A DNA stretch of 64,000 bases, taken from Hormiphora californensis. Lineage: Eukaryota > Animalia > Ctenophora. A model generated the notes under the pieces. That model did not search any database. It saw only the letters and a program-made list of their open reading frames with translations, and was not told the DNA's origin. Positions 50,476-64,000 of this stretch are shown here, one piece after another. Location: contig CM035355.1 of NCBI GenBank assembly GCA_020137815.1, positions 4,216,001 through 4,280,000 on the forward strand. The letters run 5' to 3'. The position numbers and the translations under genes are program-made. Position 1 is the first letter of the stretch. Each line of letters starts with the position of its first letter.

Positions 50476-51411
50476 ACGAGCATGATGCACAGAAATTGAT
50501 AAAATATACCTCTGTAGCCCCGGCTTCATGTCGAGCAATTGACGTCAAATGTCTTTGTATCAAGAGTCAATTTATTTTAACATCATCTCCCACACGGTTT
50601 ATCATCATGTATTGTTGGAAGGGGGTGTGTGTGAATATAGGACGATCGACTATCGAGAGTTGAAAACGTGAGGGGGCGGTTCGTAGGAAATGTTTAAATT
50701 AATGTTCCTATTGTTTTTGAGTATCGGAATATGAAATAGTTCCTATGATGGTTCACAATCGGATAAAATTTAAATTCCTTTTCATCGGAGTAGTTCTAAG
50801 TTCCGATGTGGATAACAACACGTACATTTTCGGTTTTTGTTGTGGCTGAAAAGAAAAAAAGGGGGAAATTTACTTCAAACTATAACACCGATCCCTTTCA
50901 GTGTTCAAAATGATATTTCTTTCAGGAAGCATGTTAATTGATATCACCCAAGCCAACGCTGATTAGAGGATCCAGTTATGGTAACCTTGGCATTTCAGCT
51001 CCCATCAAGTTAGACAGGGTGAGTTCAGGGACTATGGATCTGGGAACGGAACTGGAACGCGCGGTACTAAAGTTGTGAATGAACCAAACTTGCGCATCCT
51101 GGGCACGCGGGAAGAAGTTGCGCGCGCACCTGAATGTACACACTACACAGTACACTCAATCAGTCAGTCTGAGTCAATACACTTGCTGTTGTGTTCCCAG
51201 TCAAGTCTCAAGATACCAAAACTAACGATTCGTTTAGTAAAAGTCGCTTGTTAACCTCACCATATATCAACACTAATTGATTGCAAGCTAAAACACCAAC
51301 ACTGCTATTACAACTCAGTAATATACTAAAACATGACCAGCACACAATTACAACTCTCTCCCAAGAAACACCTCCCTCTATATTTTCAGTTTATGTTATG
51401 ATCTGAAGCTT

Positions 51412-53318
51412 CTACCCATTAATAAGACTGAGCAGGGAGAACGTTTCACTCGACTCCGACGATGAATCTGCCAATAGTGCTATCATGAAACAGCTCTGTC
51501 CCAGGACGTTGCCAGAGATACAGATGCACCATTTCCCTGCCGAGTACTCCCATCTCTCGTTGTTGGCGTAGGTAACTCCTGCAATATTCAGGGGGTAATG
51601 GGTGGTGGTAGGTTGTAGGGGTTGTGGTATAAGGGTTTAGGGGTTGTGGTAGGTTTTTGGGGTTGTGGTATAAGGGTTTAGGGGTGGTTGTTGGGTTTTA
51701 GAAAGAGTTTTACAGTAGCTTTTTACAGCAATGTCTAACACAAAGGTATCTCTTTTAGAAGTACCTACTCTGGAAAATACTCTGGAATTGAAAAGAAAGA
51801 AACAAAAGGGGACTGCTGCAGTGGACAACATATCCTTCTATCTAACAACTAAAGACCTACCTTCAAAGTCACAGGTACAACTAAAGACCTACCTTCAAAG
51901 TCACAGGTACACACGGTATCAGTACACGAAACACCATGATCGGTGCACGTGCATGTATTACAATCTACCTCCCACTCCTCTCCCACCGTCTTGATCTCCC
52001 CGTAGTACTCGCACGTATCCGGGCACTGTGAGGGGACAGGGGAGTTTAGTTGGGTTCACAATGGAACAAGAGAAATGGCATTAGGGAAAATTAAACCGAA
52101 CATTTTTTGGCCACACAGGGATCTATATATGTTCTGCTATCCTGTGGGGTCAAGTTCTGCACTGATCCCTCACAGAGCGGTTTGAGCCACACAATTTCTG
52201 CCTTGCTTGACCCTGTTTCAAACGCTGAACTCTCACAGAGCAATTTACAAAAAAGTACGGGTACTTTTTTCCCGTGATGGTATCTTGGGAGTACTTTTGA
52301 CAAACATACCCGGGTACTTTTTATAAGTTGGTCCCTTACCGATTTCTCGTGGCATCTGATTGTAGCATTGTAACAACTGCATTCGTTGCACAGCTCCCAC
52401 CACGTGTCGAGATGCCGGTATGCTGAACCCTTGTAGTGACACCCATCACACTCCTCACAGACCAGTCCCTTATCTGAGAGGCAAGGAGTTAATATTTCTC
52501 ATAGACCAGCCCCTTAAATCCGAAGCAAATTAGCAATCTTAGGAAATTGATTAAAATCTACTTCAAAAAAACAATTTTGTACAAGTTAATTGCTGTCAGA
52601 GCATCGGTCTGACAGGGCCGGGGGTTTATGGAGCATGGCGGTTGAGGCGCTGAATGGCCGACACTAACAATATTGTGTTCATTCTACCAGTTCATCAAAG
52701 CAGTAGCACTACAACAACAACGGACAACTTGTCAACTGTTGTTTTGTTCAAACCCAAGGGGGTCTAGCTAGACCAGTCAACTGCAGTTGTCCCCACCCCC
52801 TTGTAAAATACGAGCCCTATCTAGCAAAGTCAGCATAACTTCATATATTTGGACGCGTTCCTCTCCAAAAAATACGATATCAAGAGCATACGCCTGACCC
52901 TATTCTCAACCGGCCGGTCTGTGCATTGGCCTAACAGCGTCAACTCATCTTGTCTGGCGGGAATATCAGGGTCCGACTACATACACAACTATTTGGGCTC
53001 AATGGGGGAACTATACCTGCAGTACAGGTGCACAAGCCACAATCAGCCTCCATTTGATATCCAACCTGAAACTGGACACCCAGGTACGAGCACCCTTCCT
53101 CCTCTTCCCCGTCCTCATCTTCAAACCCATACTCGCTACTACTGAAGCTGAAGCTCATTGACGCGGGGGAGGGGAGTACTTCCACTGGCTTCCACACTGT
53201 CATCATCATCATCTCCAGTTGACGCGAGAGAGTTGAAGATGTCGATAATGTCAGGAGCAGGTGCTGCCGATGACATCCTTCCCGCCAGGGAGAATAGGAC
53301 GAGGTAGACAAGAAACAT
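51412..53318 (-). CDS. Secreted protein with acidic N-terminal region and four VWC/pacifastin-like Cys repeats; one +1 frameshift in exon 1
   Basis: MFLVYLVLFSLAG; CSYLG...DCGLCTC, CHYKG...WWELCNECSC, CEYYG...WEVDCNTCTC, CDFEG...WCIC; GT-AG introns with consistent phases. Confidence 0.8.
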
Positions 53319-54248
53319 GTCAATTATAATTGAAAACAATTTATATCTCCGCGGTGTGATTTTACGAGCTGGGAGGTGCGGCGGGGATCAAATAATAAGG
53401 GAAATGAGGGAACGTGCCTCATTGAATAACGTGCCTCTAGAAAATGCTTTCCTCTCTCTCTGATACAAATCCGCGTGTGTGAGAGGGATAGTTGATGATG
53501 GTGATGTTGAGGAGGGTTTATCATATAGAGAATCAGGTGTATTCCCTCCGCATCCTATGCGGGCTCACACACACAGCTGATCCACACCATTTAAATATAA
53601 ACTACCTGGATCCCCCACCCTAGGATATTGTTCCGATTGAGCTGGAATTACATCACGTGCAGCTCTGGAGTGGTAATTATACCTCTCTTTGTTGCATACA
53701 TAATACTAAGCAGCTCTCCTTCGATGTGACTTGGTGAGAGGGGGGGGGGGAACAAGCTGCAATGTGCAATATAATAACGCATCGAGTAGTTGGAAAATGA
53801 AAATGGAGAAGAAAGTGACCACATAAATATATGCAAACATTAATCATTCTCTCAGTATCTCTAGTCAAGATTTATCCCTTAGAGCTTCACAGTCACAACA
53901 TATATATTGAAATTTGGCGAATCATGCATTTTAGTCTTTCAGTGTAACAGTCCAGTTTTACAGATAGTTTGTTCACGCACGTGACATGTTGAGACGCATG
54001 GTTTCTAAGATTAGTTCACTTTCAGAACTAAGTCAATTTCTTAGATTAGTTCAGAACTAAGTCAATTTCTTAGATTATTTCAGTTCACTCAGTCAGGTTA
54101 TTCAGTCCGGTATTGCAGTTCACATCCAAAACTCGATCTCATGTAGTAGTAGACCTGCAGCACATCCCTCCACAGAACTCCCACTCTGGGGGGGCTAGTA
54201 TCAGCTGCAGTGGGAATGGAAGGGGGAGCGCTGGAAGATCCCCCTAGT

Positions 54249-56498
54249 TCAGTTCCGGTAATCGTACTGGCTGCTACACACCATAACCTCTGAATACTTG
54301 TCAGCAGTGGGGACAGCATAACCAGTGTATACATCGTGTACCAGTTCGTCATTCATCACTCCTTTGATTCCCTTCTTTGTGAGATATCTTACCAGTGCCT
54401 GAGAGGGGGGGGGGGAGAGTCATGTTATCCTACTAAAATGGGGGAGAGGAGTGAGAATCACGACCGTTAAAATCTATAGGACACCGAGATTGACTATTCA
54501 CCAGCTGCCAGTTTGAAATCCCGGTATATCGATTATCGGGGCGTGCACGATATATCGGTGTTCGACTGTACTGATTTTACCTTGTGAATTTTGAGAGCCC
54601 TCTTCCAAGTGCAGTTCCCAGAAACAGGAATCACATAACACCTCCTGTTCCAATCATATCCCACATAGATGTCAATTGAGAGGGGTGCCGGGGTGTTGGT
54701 AGCAAAATAGGACGGGATAAAGAACATCATGTAGCAAAACTGGAAATTAATTTCGTTTTTATAAAGAGAGACTTTTCTATTTTCTTTGAAATAGCGGGCT
54801 CGTATAAAAGTAACGTAACGAAAGTGTCGACTGACTAATTTAGGTTCAAGATATCCTAGAACAATTAACAGTTTACAGTCGAAACGCGGTATACCGGTAA
54901 ATTTACCGGTTAATCGGGGTCCGACTGTGGGTCCATAACATACCTCAATCCGTCCATCAGGTCCTTTTTGTCCAATGAACCTTGTCGGCACTGTCCTGTC
55001 AATAGTCAGACCCATGGTGTTCACACCCCTTAGGAAGCTACATGGGGGGGGGAGAGTTGTAGAATTGTTACACGCAAGAGGGTCAATTACAGGTTCTGGG
55101 GGTCTTACAACATGGTCTATTATAATATGTCGCTCCTAAATGTATATCACAGAACCGATTGTCTTTATCAGATTCGGGTACTTACTTGTATAGTTGCCGA
55201 TAGTAGTGTGTCAGTTTGTCCGTGCTGTCCGTGCAGCTGTTATTCACTGGAGAGAACCTAATGTGGGGGACGTAGAGAGGGTGTGTGTGTTAAAATTTGA
55301 GAAAACAGCAGGGATTTTCTTAAAAAATTATCTGGGTACTCCTTGGTGGCTAACTAAAACTTTAGTGAAAACCTCATGTCTTTAGCATGTTTTTGAAAAT
55401 CGAGCTAACACATGCGAGACGCGCCTTTTATGGACCCACGTGGGCCTAAGTGTATGTGCAGAGGACATGTTTTCTCACCTGGTGGATGAGATCCAGTGCA
55501 TGTCTGTGTAGTCCCTGACACTAACTGTACTGGATATCTTGCTGTTCCCAAGGATAGGCTGGTACCTGCAGACAAAATATAGGAATGTAATAGTCCCTTG
55601 GTTACGAAGTGACCCCTATTGTTGCTTGTGCGGAGGGGTTATTTCGTAACCAAAATAGTCCCTCGGGGTCTGGTTGTCTGAATTAAATATGATTGCTATT
55701 TGTTGTCTTGTTGTCTTACAATGGTTAGCTACCCCAGCAGTCAGTATGTGGCTTGAAACACATTCTTACACTTGGTGATGATGGCCTAGACGCGATGACA
55801 AATGATGCCCCTAAGGTGTTATAACACTCTATCTAAGGTGTTATAACAAATAAAAGTGTGGATTGATGACACTCTAGATCAAGATGTGAGCCCCCCCCCC
55901 CCCCCCATGACAGTGTCGAGCAGTACAGCTCTCCTCCCACTGTGAAGTGTTGAGCACCTAGCTAGAACTTTCATGTTGACAGATAGAATTGTCATCTTGT
56001 CAAGCTATTGTTGTAGCTAGGTGGTGAAACGTTCCGCCTGAATTCCCCCTCAGCTGTGTGTGTGTGTTGTAGCTCTGTATGTGAAGTAGCTGTCATAATC
56101 TTCCTGTCTAACGATTCTTCGCTGATTCTGGTCGGTTCTTTAGTGATTCTTTCATGACTATGTATAGCTATGGCCTTCAATCTACTATCTAGCTATTACA
56201 GTCGAACCTCGATTTACCGGGATGTTTGGGGGAAGCTGTTTCACCCGATAAATTGGGGTGCCCGGTATACCGGGGTCGAATACTATCAATTTCCTCTATC
56301 GGGGGAAGTTTATCCTCCCGGTAAATCGGGGTTCCGGTAAATCGGGGGGGGGGGGGGGTCCGACTTGTATACTTACGCGGGGCATTCTTTTCCTTTGCAG
56401 ACAGTGGGCAGTAGTTTCTCTGTGTTCACCTCTATTATGTCAATCAGTGGGTCCGCCTCTCCCTGGGCTATCTTGACTAGAAATACCAGCCAAAACAT
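54249..56498 (-). CDS. SOUL/heme-binding protein family member, secreted, 6 exons
   Basis: CKGKECPAY, VRDYTDMHWIS, LYNFLRGVNTMGLTIDRTVP, MFFIP....NTPAP, YSEV; SOUL-type motifs. Confidence 0.82.
54875..54927. mobile_element. Minimal degenerate CAGTCG-family MITE
   Basis: TA CAGTCGAAAC...GGGGTCCGACTG, about 53 bp. Confidence 0.65.
56199..56366. mobile_element. Degenerate CAGTCG-family MITE at the start of SOUL intron 1
   Basis: TA CAGTCGAACCTCGATTTACC...TAAATCGGGG...GTCCGACT. Confidence 0.75.
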
Positions 56499-58597
56499 GT
56501 TCTATATTGGGGATAGGGTGGTCACTGGTCAGTTATTATGTAGCTCACAAGCTGCACGGCGTTCAGTGCACGCGCTCTGTGAGGGTTCGGCAGAGCAAGT
56601 CCTAGTCAGTAACTATCCTAAATGTTAATATTGCATATATTAGGGTGGTGATATGGCCCAAATATAATTTTGTTAGTACGTGCTATCGGCTAACGATAAT
56701 TAGTGAAAACTTTAAAAGATCACTTTAAGTTGTACCGTTTGATGCACCGTGTCACATGCATGATGATTTTCTATGAATTTATAAAACTTCATTCCACTTT
56801 TAAACGAGCTCCGTAGATGAATTTAAAGTTTAGTTTCTAATTCTCAACCAGGCCACCAAGTTACACCTAGTTACAAATTCTACTTCTTCCCACGTTCAAT
56901 TCAAAAGTTCCTCTCCCGTTCCTCTCAAATCATGCCCTGAGTTTTATCCCTGCAAAAATCCTGTTTCTCAAAACAAGCAACTTCTAGTTATAACATCCCT
57001 GTTGAATGAACGCCCCTCAGGGTATGAATATACTCAAAACATCACGAACTGTAATATTTTTCAATGAAATATTTTTCAATGGAAAGTGGCCGGCCATCCC
57101 CGCCTCACGTGTCTTTGACAGAACTCTCACGCTGCTACTGCACTGGCCACCAACATCTCCCTTTCCCATTCTCCATCACCCCCCTCTCCTGCTGCAGCTG
57201 CATCCCTCTATCCCTGCTCCATCACCCCCTCTCCTGCAGCTCTCAGAGTACTACCCTTGGGGATTTCATGTGCATGATTATCATCAGTCCTGTTATATTA
57301 GTAGTTTCAAATTATTCCCCTGCAGTTGTAGCTGTAGTTGACCACATTGATGCCTGAGTGAGATCGAGGTCGCGCAGCGAGAATATGTTGCAATGGAGCC
57401 AATAGCTGTAGTAGGAATGAATGTGTGAAATCCTCCCTATTTCCCGCCCTTTTAGAGTCTCATATCAAATGTGTAAGAAACTACAGTTTCATCATGGCCT
57501 TTATCGGATTACCATGAACAACTCTCACTATCTTCTTCTTCTTCTTCTCACTATCACTCTTCCATATGTTCCCCACCCCCCTGTAGTTACATACACTAGC
57601 TGTTACTCTATACTCTCCGAGTCCCCACCCTTATAGTTATTTGTACACTGCCTTGTTCGACCCTCTCAGCGCCCCGGTTACCAATGTAGAGGATTCAGGT
57701 TTTTTAAGTCGTCCCCGTGCTAGGAGGGTCTGTTATTCTATACCCTCCTTATTTTGAAACAGCTTCTGAACCTTGTACTAAACTATCGACCATGTTATAC
57801 TACCTTGTACAAAACCATCGACCACTTCTGCGGTGTCAAATTTGTACTTTAACTTCCTAAACCCAGTCTCCCCTTTTCAATCGTCTTATATCGTGTCTAT
57901 CGGCTTGCCTTGTTCAACATCGGCTAGGAGTTATAGGAGCAGCTCTGCTTTATAAAATCTTCAGTTCCTCCACTCATGAAAGCTGAACCACTTGTAATTT
58001 TACAACTTTACAAGGTTCCCATTGCATTCAGTTGAAGAAGTTAGAAGATGTAGATATTGAATGAATATGTGGAGGATATTGCAAGACGCTCAAGATATAT
58101 TTCTGTTCAAGTATCACAAGCACTTCAATACATGAGAGACATATATGCAGCTGTTATTCAGTTGTCAAGCATATATTCCTCCGTTTTACAGAACACTCTG
58201 CTTCAACCACATTATGTGTTAATCTTAACTCTGTCAGCCACTATCCGATGTCTTCCTATAGGATTAGGTCCAACTAACGATTGTTAGATATAATGCTGTA
58301 TCAATTCAGAACATTTCCTGAAACATGTTTATGTAGAAATATCGGAGATATATAAGAGGTATTTATTATGATAGAAGTAGAGAAAAGAAGGGGAAGTAGA
58401 ACAGTTCTACCCCTCATGGCACAAAGCGGCAATATATCTAGACAGTCTGGATATATCCCCTGTGCGGGTGATATCAATGGATTCAGTATGCTTGTTAACA
58501 AAGGGAGACTTCAAGTCTGCAGATCTGCTCTACAAGCTACTATTCAGAAAACGCAATTCCTTTTCTGTCAATTATACATTTGCTTGAATGGGATATA

Positions 58598-58625
58598 CAG
58601 TCGGACCCTGATTTAGTGGCATCCT

Positions 58626-58658
<33 letters not shown>

Positions 58659-58817
58659 ATCCTGCCACTAAATCGGGGTGCCACTAAATCGGGTTCAAAT
58701 AATTAATCGGGTTCAAATAATTAATTAAATGTTAATTGCCTATATCGGGGGAAAAAAAATCCTGCCACTAAATCGGGGTGCCACTAAATCGGGGGCCACT
58801 AAATCGGGGTCCGACTG
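58598..58817. mobile_element. CAGTCGG-family MITE with expanded poly-G
   Basis: TA|CAGTCGGACCC...GGGGTCCGACTG|TA. Confidence 0.88.
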
Positions 58818-59754
58818 TATATCTAGTAAACTAAGCTAGAATTAATACTATCAAAAGTTTTTTTGGTAGAGTTCATCACACCGTAACAGAGACAACCAGC
58901 AGAGAATGGAGAGATTTCTCAAATGAGATTTTCCGAACCCAACACCTATTTGTACCGATCGTATCAAGAAGTGAGAAACTAAATCGAAATTCCAAAAGGC
59001 AACATAAAGTGGGCAATAGAATGTGATAAAGCAAGTAAATAGTATTTTTAACTTTTAGGGCTTGGAAACTATCTTAAAGCCGGGGGTATTCTATAATAGT
59101 CGGGTTGGCGATTAAGTTAAAATATTATGCTATTTTGTATCTGTCATCAGTCGGGTTATAAAGATGAAAGTATTGCTTGTCAGCGGATAAACCCCCCTCA
59201 TTGTCCTTTGTCATTATTAGACCGCCGATTCTTGAATCGACCTGTCAATTGTTGTGTCATTATATTCGATCTTTTGCAGCTGTGAAGAGCTGTTACTTTG
59301 TCAATTTTGTTTGGTATGTTTCAAATCCTGAATCTCAAATTCTCCCCAATGTGCCTGCTGCACTGCAGGGCCAGCTTATTATATATATTCACTTTGTTAT
59401 TCCAGAATTACCAATCTTTGCAGAGAGAAAGTTGTAAATGGATTTGGCATTTTTTATTAGCATCCAATTCCATAATCATAAGATCTCCAGCGTGTCTGTC
59501 TCCTACCATGTCTCTCTATCGAGATCGCCCCTTTTCTCCCTCTTTCTCTGACTCTCTGTCTCTAACTACCCCTCTCTCTGTTTGTACCTTTTATAATTCC
59601 CCGCGTTGTGTAGATCAGCAGCTTCAGATCAGAAGTGTCGCGTCTAGAGGAGAAGCTTCTCAACCCCTCAATATGCACTAGCAGATCAGCCGCTGCTGCT
59701 TTACAGAGGGCATCATAACTCAATCAGAAACAAAATGATAGAACTCTCTCTCTA

Positions 59755-59888
<134 letters not shown>

Positions 59889-60367
59889 ACTCACTTTATC
59901 CTAAGATAAAAGTTCCGCCCAAATAATATATTACACAGAGCTTGGGGATATATGTTGGAAGATTTTTGATCCACTTTCCTCGTCATTCTGATGTTAGAAA
60001 CTTCACCTCAACCACCCATGTTCTGTAAATCTATGTAGGTTCACCAAAACAACAATTTGTTTCAATGTCTCTTCTAACAACCTTGCTCGGCCCTCTCTCT
60101 CTCAACCTGCACTGTCTCGCTCGGCCCTCTCTCTCAACCTGCACTGTCTCGCGTCTGGCCCTTCACGAGACACTACAATCCTTCTGTTTTGTAACACACA
60201 TCTAACATGTAGGAACGTGTCGCTATTAGGTTTTGTAGCTGTACATTCGCTACTGTTTAACTGTATCACACGCTGATTGCAGTTGTACTACTCTAGTTTT
60301 TGTTGATAAAGCTGAATTCTCGCTTGTATACTTTGCTAATACCCCCCCCCCCCTACTTCCCTAGACT

Positions 60368-63996
<3,629 letters not shown>

Positions 63997-64000
63997 GTCA

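Overview
Intron-rich animal nuclear DNA with short GT-AG introns, (GA)n microsatellites and many non-autonomous DNA transposons. It is probably a pleurobrachiid ctenophore; this is inferred only from a dispersed repeat I recall from Pleurobrachia gene models and is not verified. Genes reconstructed by hand: a tight minus-strand trio (SKA3-like, FAM104/VCF-like, Chibby), an SLC22-type transporter, an OST-alpha/TMEM184-type transporter with a saposin gene nested on the same strand in one intron, two paralogous secreted Cys-rich cassettes, an orphan secreted protein, a giant (~5,000 aa) Ig-domain type-I membrane protein encoded mostly by one ~15 kb exon, a VWC/pacifastin-repeat protein and two divergent SOUL heme-binding genes. 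Main observation: at least 22 single extra bases interrupt long exons of three genes (possibly 26 in four). Every one reads as +1, with no isolated nonsense codons, and each can be repaired by deleting one A, usually in an N-A-G context. This is either an undescribed recoding system (single-nucleotide deletion editing or +1 frameshifting) or a consensus artefact; one site gives real support to the artefact reading.
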